Positions 25,701-35,398 of a stretch of 64,000 nt of DNA are shown one piece after another. The notes under the pieces are model-generated. The model ran no database searches, had not been told where the DNA came from, and saw nothing but the letters and a program-made list of their open reading frames with translations. The number at the start of each line of letters is the position of its first letter. Positions within the stretch are counted from its first letter, which is position 1. The position numbers were made by a program, and so were the translations under genes. The stretch is from Ylistrum balloti (taxonomy: Eukaryota): contig NW_026782306.1 of NCBI RefSeq assembly GCF_031769215.1, positions 310,001 to 374,000 of the forward strand, given 5' to 3'.

Positions 25701-27759
25701 TTATTTGTATGAATGTGACGCAGCGGTCGTCTCTCTGGAGCTAATGACATATTGAGTGGTTCGTTTGGATTAAGACATCCGCAATTTCAGCTAATCAGGG
25801 TGCACTTTGGAGAACAAAACATCTTGGTGCGTGGATAGTTACCGCTCGGTCAAATCAATAATAAAGGCTGGGAGTTATAAAGAAATCACATCGCTTTTCC
25901 CGAGTTTTTAGAAAGATTGGATACAGACACAAATCAATACATTCAAATGTTATATTATCGAAAATCACCTCGAGTTTCTTTTCTTTTCGAATTATGATTT
26001 GTTTCTGTATCTGAACATGAACGTACTGTGAATGTTTTAAGTGTGAGTTGAATCTCAGAGCCTTTGTGTTTGAATTAGGATTTTGTCGGTTGCGGGATAG
26101 TTACGTGTAACAATGTATATAAGAGTTGTACTGAATCCCACAGTCCATCAAGGTCTACTGAAAACTGCCACGCGCCAAGATTCATGTTTTCCAAAATAAA
26201 AATCATGTAGTATTTTGTTCTAAAATTTATACAATACTATCGAGGAAACAGCTGAATTACCAGTTTAATTCATTATTTGACTCTACTGTATCTAACTCAA
26301 AAAATGGAATTAAAAGGTGCTGTTCACTTGTGTCTTTTGTAAAATCATCAATTCCACAAATGTTATAGGTAGGCACAGTGTATTGTAATCCAGGATTTAT
26401 CATCCTCCGTTTTGTACAAGACATTTTTTTCTAAAACATAAAAATATATTTATTGGAAGATAAGTGGTTATCCGATGTAACACCCAATCATATGATTACA
26501 GAGCCATTTCTATCACGAAATTATTGATGAATATATAACACACCTTTGTGTAAATATGTCACCACACGTCAAGATAATCACTAAACAATATGCTGATCAT
26601 GCACCGGGCACTCCTGCAGTAAGTTGGTAAATATTCTCTGTCATCAATCAACGCGGTAAATTACCGTCGCGTGTTTTATAGAGATAGTCGGAGGCTAATG
26701 TATAAAAGTTATTTACCAGTGGGCTTTTGATATGGCAGGTATGTCATTCATTATGTAAAACCCTGCAGGTCCTATCTAATCATTGTACTTGTTGCCCGCG
26801 TTCAAAGATCGTAAAAGGCAACTAAATTTTGGATCAGATTTCTTTTTTGTCTAAACAATGATGAATTTCCTAATGATTCCCTTCGTAAGGGGGACTAAAT
26901 TTAGGATTTTTTCTTTTTTGCCTGAACAATATTTTTCCTAATAATGTCCCATGATGTTGCGTCACGTTTTCCCGTGTCCCATATGGAAACTTACTCCTTC
27001 AATGTAACCCGCCCCAGATGGAAACTTACTCCTTCAATGTAACCCGCCCCAGATGGAAACTTATTCCTTTAATGTAACCCGCCCCAGATGGAAACTTATT
27101 CCTTCAATGTAACCCGCCCCAGATGGAAACTTATTCCTTCAATGTAACCCGCGCCAGATGGAAACTTATTCCTTCAATGTAACCCGCCCCAGATGGAAAC
27201 TTACTCCTTCAATGTAACCCGCGCCAGATGGAAACTTATTCCTTTAATGTAACCCGCCCCAGATGGAAACTTATTCCTTCAATGTAACCCGCCCCAGATG
27301 GAAACTTACTCCTTCAATATAACACGCCCCAGATGGACACTTACTCCTTCAATGTAACCCGCGCCAGATGGATACTTACTCCTTCAATGTAACCGGCCCC
27401 AGATGGAAACATGACATCTATTTCTAGTTCAAACATCAGCCTTTATTCTCGATATTTAACGACAGTTCAATCTTTTTGATAATAAAAACATACGTTTTTC
27501 GAGTCTTTTTACTCCCTCATATTCTGTAGTTTTCATAAACTTCTTTTCCCAAAACTCTCAACGATGACCAACCTGGGTCTGTTGTCAAGCACCATCTTAC
27601 CTTTTCATCGTCTTTGCTGAAACCTTCACATGACCCGGTCTTGTTAACAACCTGGGCCACACCCACAATGTCGTTGTCCGAGTTCCGAATGGGCATACAG
27701 ATGATGGACTCTGTGACGTAGCCTGTTATTCGGTCCACCTCGTCATTGTACCGGGGGTC
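1660..27759 (-). CDS. PDE11A: Partial multi-exon gene: dual cAMP/cGMP 3',5'-cyclic phosphodiesterase 11A-like (GAF-A C-half, GAF-B, PDEase catalytic N-half). Both ends not found in window.
   Basis: 14 exons with GT-AG boundaries and matching phases, translated by hand into a continuous 463-aa frame. Motifs include GAF NK..F...[26 protein letters not shown] and [18 protein letters not shown]. Sequence and exon breakpoints match my recollection of human PDE11A better than PDE5. Orthology not computed. Confidence 0.93.
2262..2430. repeat. ~57-bp tandem repeat (~3 copies) inside a more degenerate ~28-bp periodic tract (~2160-2660)
   Basis: aaaatagatcctcgttctaccccgcaccgaaaaaagtcctttgtcctatcccgcacc repeated. 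Confidence 0.8.
2701..2928 (-). repeat. 38-bp tandem repeat, 6 copies, spanning an exon/intron donor junction
   Basis: Unit gtacataaatcatccgtat(g/a)ttgatgttgtactgactt. The minus strand of each unit starts AA|gtcagt. Confidence 0.95.
2927..3036 (-). CDS. PDE11A: PDE11-like exon, catalytic domain: [36 protein letters not shown](K)
   Basis: 110 nt, phase 0-2. Acceptor ttgttatag, donor AA|gtcagt. HDLDH metal-binding motif. Confidence 0.95.
3150..3283. repeat. ~32-bp tandem repeat (4 copies) with palindromic core acttgttaacaagt
   Basis: gtttacgaacttgttaacaagttattttataa and variants. Confidence 0.8.
3832..3939 (-). CDS. PDE11A: PDE11-like exon, catalytic domain: [36 protein letters not shown]
   Basis: 108 nt, phase 0-0. 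Acceptor tgtttag, donor AAG|gtgaag. YHN.RH class I PDE motif. Confidence 0.96.
4348..4494 (-). CDS. PDE11A: PDE11-like exon: [49 protein letters not shown]
   Basis: 147 nt, phase 0-0. Acceptor ccacacag, donor GAG|gtaaga. Confidence 0.93.
5351..5401 (-). CDS. PDE11A: PDE11-like exon: [17 protein letters not shown]
   Basis: 51 nt, phase 0-0. Acceptor attttag, donor AAG|gtaagt. Carries the LSYH motif. Confidence 0.92.
6112..6212. repeat. 33-bp tandem repeat (3 copies)
   Basis: atcatattcacactctcgtttcagataaaagac; ORF track shows the [10 protein letters not shown] repeat. Confidence 0.85.
7105..7200 (+). mobile_element. Degenerate copy of the hammerhead-containing repeat family (stem II deleted)
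   Basis: aaaatttaggcctttagtatcactgacgagttcaaaaacagctgcatggt...tttggctctactgtatct matches the 35762-35865 copy upstream and the 6825/26270/29190 copies downstream. Confidence 0.6.
7332..7424 (-). CDS. PDE11A: PDE11-like exon: [31 protein letters not shown]
   Basis: 93 nt, phase 0-0. Acceptor tttttacag, donor GAG|gtatgt. Confidence 0.94.
7674..7741 (-). CDS. PDE11A: PDE11-like exon, GAF-B end: (G)[22 protein letters not shown]
   Basis: 68 nt, phase 1-0. Acceptor ctgacag, donor GAA|gtaagt. Confidence 0.93.
7780..8460. repeat. ~60-bp minisatellite (~11 copies)
   Basis: tataaactccctcgtgttacatagtttatataaatctatacacactaccttataaggaa with variants. Confidence 0.9.
9490..9745. repeat. 42-bp minisatellite (~5-6 copies)
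   Basis: atatttctgtataatccttatctagcttttatcttacaataa. Confidence 0.9.
10740..11560. repeat. ~30-bp minisatellite (~27 copies) with variable A-run
   Basis: acatttcacagacatatttgagggaaaaaa. Confidence 0.92.
11838..11930. repeat. 47-bp direct duplication
   Basis: gtgttctcagtggaaaagctaacaagcgttaactgcactgaaggga twice. Confidence 0.9.
12171..12246 (-). CDS. PDE11A: PDE11-like exon, GAF-B: [25 protein letters not shown](G)
   Basis: 76 nt, phase 0-1. Acceptor ttatacag, donor G|gtaagt. Confidence 0.92.
12701..12815 (-). CDS. PDE11A: PDE11-like exon, GAF-B: [38 protein letters not shown]
   Basis: 115 nt, phase 2-0. Acceptor ttaatag, donor GAG|gtatgt. In ORF track at 12590..12874. Confidence 0.92.
12915..14418. 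repeat. 103-bp near-perfect tandem array (~14.6 copies)
   Basis: Identical 69-aa ORFs spaced every 103 bp in the track; only a few substitutions, mostly in the last copies. Confidence 0.97.
14505..14580 (+). mobile_element. Degenerate copy of the hammerhead-containing repeat family
   Basis: atca-ccaacaa-atcc tagaa ggac-gaaac-agct-gta-tgatg followed by gagttagattcgttgtttacctctact. Confidence 0.65.
15365..15442 (-). CDS. Candidate symmetric cassette exon in GAF-B: (K)[25 protein letters not shown](S)
   Basis: 78 nt, phase 2-2, open frame. About 65-nt AG-free pyrimidine tract before cag, donor AAG|gtaatc. No homology evidence. Confidence 0.55.
15903..16392. mobile_element. Element bounded by inverted repeats: 54-bp unit x3 (15903-16085) and one inverted copy (16340-16392); possible MITE/foldback relic
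   Basis: Unit gatacttcaggggttacgctcactatcgctctctacacccctggaacc. The reverse complement of 16340-16392 is ccccgatactactggggatacgcttactatcgctccctgcacccaggaa. Confidence 0.55.
16756..16820 (-). CDS. PDE11A: PDE11-like exon, GAF-B: [21 protein letters not shown](K/N)
   Basis: 65 nt, phase 0-2. Acceptor atttcag, donor AA|gtaagt. Supplies the phase-2 end that the 12701-12815 exon requires, and the F..VFDL pattern fits this position. Confidence 0.85.
17205..17562 (+). repeat. G-rich ~26-bp degenerate minisatellite with G-quadruplex potential
   Basis: gggtggggtcgggaggcgcgtcgaaa repeated; dense GGG/GGGG runs. Confidence 0.85.
18137..18262 (+). mobile_element. tRNA-derived SINE fragment with possible V-SINE-like domain
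   Basis: A-box-like gcgcagttgtaacgc, anticodon-like stem cgtct/agacg, B-box-like gagttcgag, then atgtggggttttccggtttctttccc resembling the V domain. Family assignment is inference. Confidence 0.6.
18473..18610 (-). CDS. PDE11A: PDE11-like exon, GAF-B start: [46 protein letters not shown]
   Basis: 138 nt, phase 0-0. Acceptor gttttacag, donor GAG|gtaagt. Confidence 0.95.
18790..18865 (-). mobile_element. tRNA-like SINE head
   Basis: Minus strand actggttgagcgtcagattagtaagccaggggtcccgggttcgattcctagcggaga: A-box-like and GGTTCGATTCC B box, but the anticodon stem does not pair. Confidence 0.65.
20368..21640. repeat. ~43-49-bp minisatellite (~27 copies, two interspersed length variants)
   Basis: gattacacaatgtaacacatattgtcgtatactatgtcaacaa(tgttta). 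Confidence 0.93.
21979..22068 (-). CDS. PDE11A: PDE11-like exon, inter-GAF helix: [30 protein letters not shown]
   Basis: 90 nt, phase 0-0. Acceptor ttgtttcag, donor AAG|gtattg. Confidence 0.93.
22286..22345 (-). mobile_element. Copy of the dispersed 'gttccggaa(g)agtaagcgtc' repeat family
   Basis: Minus strand aaaaagtacaaagtgaataagaccaggtgttccggaaagtaagcgt, homologous to 35895-35960, 53590-53652 and 62450-62545. Confidence 0.65.
22345..23018. repeat. ~35-44-bp minisatellite (~16 copies)
   Basis: cccagctgagtatgtgtaccacactgaggaccactgtcgattgt with deletion variants. Confidence 0.92.
23015..23883 (+). repeat. 35-bp minisatellite array A (~25 copies)
   Basis: ttacattgaaggagtaagtttccatctgtggcggg. 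Confidence 0.95.
24930..25250 (+). mobile_element. Non-autonomous interspersed element of the bivalve 'tgacct...gacggacg...ttcgggccaggtgag' type (HINE/Helentron-like by inference)
   Basis: gacccctgtgacctgaaaaataattcaaggtca, a gacgacgg microsatellite-like core and terminal ggctcttcgggccaggtgaggtaa. Family recognised from memory, not searched. Confidence 0.5.
26243..26345 (+). mobile_element. Partial copy of the hammerhead-containing family (tail and downstream box)
   Basis: gaggaaacagctgaattaccagtttaattcattatttgactctactgtatctaac...tgtgtcttttgt. Confidence 0.55.
26983..27410 (-). repeat. 35-bp minisatellite array B (~12 copies), exact inverse orientation of array A
   Basis: atggaaactta(c/t)tccttcaatgtaacccgccccag is the reverse complement of the array A unit. 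Confidence 0.95.
27601..27759 (-). CDS. PDE11A: PDE11-like exon, GAF-A C-half: [53 protein letters not shown]
   Basis: 159 nt, phase 0-0. Acceptor ttctttgcag, donor AAG|gtaaga. In ORF track at 27517..27765. Confidence 0.95.
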
Positions 27760-27924
27760 CTGCAAAGAATATGATATGTGACTTTAGTTAAAATCATGTT
27801 TAAAATGCAAATCCTTCCGTTTATGGAAAATGTTTTATTTTTGGTGGTAGATGGTCGTAAATGTCATTCGCGACCCTTTGACCCTTTGACTATGTGATAC
27901 CAATTCCTTTACTGGTAAAAATAG

Positions 27925-28130
27925 TCTTATGTGTCACTTACGACCTTCTGTCCTATGTGTCACTCACGACCTTCTGTCTTATGTGTAACTTACGACCTTC
28001 TGTCTTATGTGTCACTCACGACCTTCTATCTCATGTGTCACTCACGAACTTCTATCTTATGTGTCACTCACGACCTTCTGTCTCATGTATCACTTACGAC
28101 CTTCTATCCTATGTGTCACTCACGACAGGT
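27925..28130. repeat. 26-bp minisatellite (~8 copies)
   Basis: cttatgtgtcactcacgaccttctgt. Confidence 0.88.
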
Positions 28131-28139
28131 TATGAAGCG

Positions 28140-28203
28140 TGCTGATGTAATTGGTAGAGCCATGGTCAACAACACTTGAGACCCAGGTTTGAATCCTCTC
28201 GCA
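28140..28203 (+). mobile_element. Degenerate tRNA-like SINE head
   Basis: gatgtaattggtagagc (A-box-like) ... cccaggtttgaatcct (B-box-like). Confidence 0.45.
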
Positions 28204-29129
28204 GATATATTCTACCAGACTAGCCATGGTTATTGGGTGAATCATCAGAGACGACAAAAAATATCACACATTTGTATTTCGGTTCTGATGATGAAAACTA
28301 TTTGTCTGTGGGTTGGATTCGTTCCATTTCCTGACAGCTGAGGAAGGAAAAGTGACGATAGGTATAATTCTGTATTTGTAGAAACTTTAAGATATAAATA
28401 ATAGCTTTACTAGCAGATTCTTTGAAATAGAATATGGTATACTATCACGATTAATTTAAAACTTTTACCCTAAATTTAACGTTTATAACCTCGTACCACA
28501 GTCGTACAATCAGTTATTAACTTGTCACTTCCATTACGCTGTTCCATCAGATATACACAATATTAACTACCCTCCACCTTCAGATGACGTCTCTTTAAGT
28601 AATACATTACTGATGATAAAAGTTGCTTTGTTTTTAAATTGTTTACAAGACAAGTGCTTGCGTTAAGTGTCTTGTTACAGTACAGAACCGACAACGACTT
28701 TATGTGGGTGTAACACTGATGTATACTACAAATGGTTCCCAGCAGGACAACACGCCTAATCACATTATACTGACAATAAAACCGCTCGTAGTGGCAGATA
28801 AATTCTAATCTTTAAGCACCGATAAGTAATTTCCAGTTTTAGAGATTCTGGTTTGTCTCCTCAAGTACACAGAACCCAAAAGTTTTCACAAAGTACATTC
28901 CAATTAACACCAAAAATGAGGCAGTGCCATATTAGGGCAATACATATATAGATCAGCTGTGCGACAGTTTGGTATTTGTTTATAAATCTGGGAAAGATGT
29001 TAAATGTAAAAAAAAGTTGTTTGTACACAAATAAAAACATTGTTGATTAAGTATTTTTGAGTGAGGCGCCATATATAATAATTTAAAACGCTGTGGGCAA
29101 AAATCCCTACATAACAGGTCCATTTGATC

Positions 29130-29212
29130 CTTAACATCAATGAGGGCCCTAGGAGGAAGAAGCAGTTGTAAAGCGCATTTGCTATTTGGCTCTACTGTAT
29201 CTGATTCTCTGG
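29130..29212 (+). mobile_element. Highly degenerate copy of the hammerhead-containing family
   Basis: catca-atgagg-gccc tagga ggaa-gaagc-agtt-gta ... tttggctctactgtatct aligns to the family consensus. Confidence 0.5.
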
Positions 29213-30649
29213 TATTGATAAGTTATTTTTCTCCGTCTGTGTTTTGTAAAATCTTGTAAATTTCTGATAAAATAATACTGACAGTTTTATATAAAACAAA
29301 ACGCGAGTTTGTAATTCGAATTGCCAGAAAACTTGGATGTTTAGAAGATGTTTTTACATTAGACTATTGTCATGTTGCTTGTTTTGTAGGTGGAATAATA
29401 AAAAAATGTTCCAAGCTGTTGACGGATCTCAAGAAGAAGGTGCGTTTGTCGAATACAAGAACCAATACCAGACCAATACGGACAACGAACAGAAACGGAA
29501 CACAACATCAGTGAAGAAAGGAAAGAGAAATTACTGCTGATAAGATGATATTGTCTGAACGAATTGTAAGGAAATACAGCATTCAGAAACAAAAAGAATT
29601 TGGTTGGTCAAAAGATTCTGATTCAGAATTTAATCTTCAAATGAGAAATGTGATTTCACTATCATAAACAAGATTCTACACGGGAAAGAAAATGTCAGAA
29701 AATTAAAAATCAAGCAATTTATACACGTATTTGTTTGTGTAAGGCTAGAAGAAATATCTACAAGAAGGTAAATCATTGATCTTTCCTCCTCCGATGTAAA
29801 AAACCTATGTCAGGATGACATATAGCATCGTTTTTCAGATGTCGTTAACCGCCGCCCTGCATTGACCTTTTCTCAGTCTACATCTCGGAGTTCCACTGGA
29901 GCTACAGAGCTGAAAATCAGCGCGCGATGTGGGATATAAAAGTCGGCAAAGTGTTAAATTCTTGCCACAATACATAAACACTCTCTCCTAAATTCTAAAT
30001 TCCATCCTTTTGGTCTACCTTAAACTTACCGAGTTGGCCATAAAGAAGGTCAGTAGTGAGGGGGCTGGGGGAGGGGGCGTTTTTTTGGGGGGGTGGGGGT
30101 GGGGGGTGGGTGGGGGGGGGGGGGGGGTTCACTGTTAGTGTAAGAAGTACAGATAGGCAGTTTCTCAGTAATCAATCCTGGTCGGTTGACAGTGCAGCAG
30201 CATCTAAATATAGCAATAGTGAGAAATACCATCTATTTTAAAACAGTACTTTAAGATTTTTAGAATTAAAAGATTATAAGTAAGCTATACCATCTCCTGT
30301 ACATTATGTAGATACCCTCTTAAAATTGTTAACAATTCAGACATTTCACATACGTCTTTAGATAATGTGAAACATTTTTTTTATTTTTCATTAAAGATAG
30401 AAATTGCTCTAACAGCTTGTGTGAATAATTATTATATTCCATTTTCTAAAAAAACAAGTGACACTTTTGATATTACTCAATCAATATGCTAGAAGCTTAA
30501 TATTAAAAAAAACACATGAACGATTTCCGATAATATGCCGTTGTCATCCTCAAGATTCACATTTGATTGAGCATTAAACCAACAATACAGAACAATTTGT
30601 AAACAATGAGATCAATGCACAAATAATTTCGTTGAATGCGTTCAACCTT

Positions 30650-31915
30650 AAAATAATAGAAACGGTACAGGTGCCATTATCTCATACTACAAATAATAGA
30701 AACGGTACAGATGTCATTATCTTATACTACAAATAATAGAAACGGTACAGGTGTCATTATCTCATACTAGAAATAATGGAAACGGTACAGGTGCCATTAT
30801 CTTATACTACAAATAATAGAAACGGTACAGATGTCATTATATCATACTAGAAATAATGGAAACGGTACAGGTGTCATTATCTTATACTACAAATAATAGA
30901 AACGGTACAGATGTCATTATATCATACTAGAAATAATGGAAACGGTACAGGTGCCATTATCTCATACTACAAATAATAGAAACGGTACAGGTGTCATTAT
31001 CTTATACTAGAAATAATGGAAACGGTACAGATGTCATTATCTTATACTACAAATAATAGAAACGGTACAGATGTCATTATCTCATACTACAAATAATAGA
31101 AACGGTACAGATGTCATTATCTTATACTACAAATAATAGAAACGGTACAGATGTCATTATCTCATACTACAAATAATAGAAACGGTACAGATGTCATTAT
31201 CTTATACTACAAATAATAGAAACGGTACAGATGTCATTATCTTATACTACAAATAATAGAAACGGTACAGATGTCATTATCTTATACTACAAATAATAGA
31301 AACGGTACAGATGTCATTATCTTATACTACAAATAATAGAAACGGTACAGATGTCATTATCTTATACTACAAATAATAGAAACGGTACAGATGTCATTAT
31401 ATCATATCAGAAATAATAGAAACGGTACAGATGTCATTATCTCATACTACAAATAATAGAAACGGTACAGATGTCATTATCTTATACTACAAATAATAGA
31501 AACGGTACAGATATCTTATACTACAAATAATAGAAACGGTACATCATTATCTTATACTACAAATAATAGAAACGGTACAGATGTCATTATCTTATACTAC
31601 ATATAATAGAAACGGTACAGATGTCATTATCTTATACTAGAAAGAATAGAAACGGTACAGATGTCATTATCTCAAATAATAGAAATACTACAAATATATA
31701 CAAATAATAGAAACGGTACTACAAATAATAGAAACGGTACAGATGTCATTATCTTATACTACAAATAATAGAAACGGTACAGATGTCATTATCTTATACT
31801 ACAAATAATAGAAACGGTACAGATGTCATTATCTCATACTAGAAATAATAGAAACGGTACAGATGTCATTATCTCATACTACAAATAAAAGAAACGGTAC
31901 AGGTGTCATTATCTT
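30650..31915. repeat. 40-bp minisatellite (~31 copies)
   Basis: aaataatagaaacggtacagatgtcattatcttatactac. Confidence 0.96.
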
Positions 31916-34079
31916 ATGTTTTTCTACCAGTTATACATTCAAGACACATTGATATCGTTCTGGGTTTTTATCTTTTGGAAACCGAACTGATTTCGTGGAA
32001 TTTGATTATAAATTATCCGTGTTATCACGAGTTTTTATTATGTCATCATTTAACCAAATGAAAAAGATAAAACAGACGCAATTGCTAGGGTTAGATGGTG
32101 TGGAACGCTGTCTGTCCTAAGGTGTAAGTATCATCCTTACTTCAGCATTAGAATCAATCACTCATCGTCAGCGTACATTACAGGTTTTTTGTTTCTGTTT
32201 TAACGGGACAATGAGTTTGACCTAGGATCGCAGACAAAGTGTTTGTGTATAGCACGATAAATAGTTGTATGTCTATGTTCGTTTATCAATCAATCGTTAA
32301 AACATTCTTAGTACAATGAAACGACGCATCACTAGAAACACAAAACTGTAGACGATTTTACACTTTGATATCTTCCATTTGGCCTATTTTTCCACATTGT
32401 AATGGGTAGTGCTTCAGCTTAAGATAACTCAAACATCGTACTAAGATGACGTCATAATACGTCATCAAATACCGATTCCCACGGTTACCTAGGTCACCGA
32501 GGTAACTCATTTCAACTCTCAATCACTATGTCCATAATTATTTTGACATTTCTGTCTACTTACTTTGATTTTCGCCTCTTAGGTGTTGGGTCTATCTACT
32601 TTTAACATCACATAATGACGAAACATTTGTAGGATGCAATTAAATTGACCCCACTTTATCTAATTCTCGACTTGTATGGAAACATGTTATGGACTTTTCT
32701 TTCGTTTGGACAGTCTTTGACGTTAGAAGCCTAAACTGAATTATTTAATCATTTCATTTTGTATATTCTGTATCGACAAAACTTAACATTATAAACATGC
32801 TGAGCTGTTCACAAGGTGGTATTTATATGAGATAATTGGATTGTGCAAAAACAAAACAGCAAACACAACTTTTCAATACAAATTTCGTATCACATAAAGT
32901 CACGCGTTGTTCTGGGTGCTTGCAAAAACAGCTCAGGATATTTAAAACCCGTGTAGTTGATTGTTTTTGACAGCGTGCGTTATATAGCATTTGTCATGGT
33001 GGAAAAGACTCATTTGAATTTATATTAATATTTGATTTGTGATCGATACGTTTTCAATGATAAAACAGGCCTATACAATGGCGATGGTATCCATTGGGAA
33101 TGGCATGAAACCTTCCGAATATAAATATCTCGGTAAAATATTCATGACTGGAAAATAGGTAGTGAACAGCGCTTCCAATTACATCCCCAAGGTATAATAT
33201 ACAATGACAACTCATAGAAATGTTTACTGATTTCAATTACTGCTTCATTTGGACGCATGCTTATTAAGACTATTAGAAATGAAGACGATAATTCACTTTT
33301 ACACTCTATTGCATTTAAAAGATCAATTTACTTGTCTGTTCTGAATAACGATATCAAAATTGCTGGGACAACATTAAAAGTCTAACCATGCGATGTCATG
33401 AGTTGGTGTGAGATTTTGTATTTTCACAACAGGTATTATTATGCCAGGAAGTTATCTCAGCTGAAAAAACGGAAGTTCGCTAATAAAGTGTTATCATGCT
33501 GGAATGTCGTCATCGGGACACCGTAAAATGGTACATCGTCCTGTCATATTATACACAACAGGCTAACCGGTCTGTGGAGCCTTTTTAAAACCGAAAGTCA
33601 TCCAGAGAGGAACAGGTATCAATTTGATATACTCTAACTGTCGGGGAGCGAGGACAAAAGTCATACACATACGCTCACTGTCCCTCCCTTACACTGACCA
33701 CGCCCATCACTTAATGATGTCCTGTAGCTTCATATTTTTAGTTTGTTTTCATTCCATTCATGTATATGCAGTTATCAACTTTCCTTATATCCATTAAACT
33801 TGGATTCAGATTTATTATTTAAATTCAGTCTCAATAATTATCTTTTTATCAATAATTAATACAAGGTTGTTGAAATCTTGTTGGAAAGTTTCTTCCTATA
33901 TGATGTTAATATCACCGGTTTTGATACATACAGTACAGAAAAACCATTACTCTTAATACCATCGTGGGGACAATAACGGTCAGAAAAGCTGGATGGCTTA
34001 AAAAGCGATTCTGACCAACCAGACACGTTGTGGGTGTGGTCACTGTTGTTCTGGCAATGAAATGGTAATGTTATGAAAC

Positions 34080-34172
34080 CAAGTGAATGTTTCAGTGACT
34101 GTGAGAGAAATGGTAAAATTTTCAAACAAAGTGAATGTTTCAGTGACTGTGAGAGAAATGGTAAAATTTTCA
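34080..34172. repeat. ~48-bp direct duplication
   Basis: aagtgaatgtttcagtgactgtgagagaaatggtaaaattttca twice. Confidence 0.85.
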
Positions 34173-34357
34173 TACTAAGTTAGTGCATGTACGTTTATCT
34201 TGAAACAAGAAGTAATTATACTAAAGTAGAAAGTTTAAGAACTAAATAACCAGCTGAACTAGCACCTGGCACCTGTATACAGTCGAATACATGCCAGGTC
34301 ACTTTGACTTTTTTTGGTGAAATTAAGTGCAACACAAAGCCAAAGGATTGTTAAAAA

Positions 34358-34625
34358 TTGGTCTTAATTGTGAGGTGGTCTTAATAGTGAGGTGGTCTTA
34401 ATAGTGAGGTGGTCCTAATAGTGAGGTGATCTTAATAGTGAGGTGGTCTTAATTGTGAGGTGATCTTAATAGTGAGGTGGTCTTAATTGTGAGGTGATCT
34501 TAAAAGTGAGGTAGTGTTAATCATGAACATTTATAAAGGATTTATAGGGGGACTGAAATGAAGAGGCCCTGAGTGCGATGTGGTCTTAATTTTGAGGAGG
34601 ACTTTAAGTAAGGTTTCACTTTATC
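34358..34625. repeat. 17-bp tandem repeat (~9 copies) inside a probable MITE relic
   Basis: tcttaatagtgaggtgg repeated. The segment ends in aggtttcact, resembling a Tc1/mariner-type MITE terminus; no left TIR identified. Confidence 0.7.
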
Positions 34626-35069
34626 GTTGTATGATAGTGACGTCATTCTGATAGAGGACCATAAAATATCGTCCAGGTGACTAGCAAACCTTACTATGGA
34701 TCAGGTGAATGTGTTCTAGTGACTTAGTAGGAACTAGATCAACTCAGTATCGAATCCCACGCTGTCCAGACTGAGTTACTATCACACAGTAACTGATTTA
34801 TTTCGGTTATTAGATCTCTACAAATACTCCGTTGTCCGCTTAAGGTCGATAGCACAGTACGTTTTACTGCGTTTTTATTGGAATCAACCTTCCAATGCAA
34901 TGATAGTTGTTCTGTCCTTTTAGGCAGCATCAGTGAAAGTAGTAGTGAATCTAGGTGGAGAGGTGCACTAACCGCAGTAAGAAAGGAATTCCGTGATTTT
35001 CATTTGTCTGATAACTTTAGAGGAACATCGGGTAAGATAATCTACTGTTCCTTCTTCTTCCTTTATCTA

Positions 35070-35398
35070 TTGATCGGAGAATCTGCTGTTCAGTTTACCT
35101 CCTTTGATTTATTGATCGGAGAATCTGCTGTTCAGTTTACCTCCTTTGATTTATTGATCGGAGAATCTGCTGTTCAATTTACCTCCTTTGATTTATTGAT
35201 CGGAGAATCTGCTGTTCAAGTTACCTCCTTTGATTTATTGATCGGATAATCTGCTGTTCAATTTACCTCCTTTGATTTATTGATCGGAGAATCTGCTGTT
35301 CAATTTACCTCCTTTGATTTATTGATCGGAGAATCTGCTGTTCAAGTTACCTCCTTTGATTTATTGATCGGAGAATCTGATGTTCAATTTACCTCCTT
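35070..35398. repeat. 42-bp minisatellite (~8 copies)
   Basis: tattgatcggagaatctgctgttcagtttacctcctttgatt (LLIGESAVQFTSFD repeat in ORF track). Confidence 0.93.

Noticed and set aside
30060-30128. Poly-G tract with Pro/Gly ORFs
   Set aside because: Simple low-complexity run.
35070-35398. GAG|gtaaa(c/t) donor-like motif in each 42-bp unit on the minus strand
   Set aside because: No credible upstream exon or acceptor, so it cannot be tied to the junction-spanning repeat pattern.
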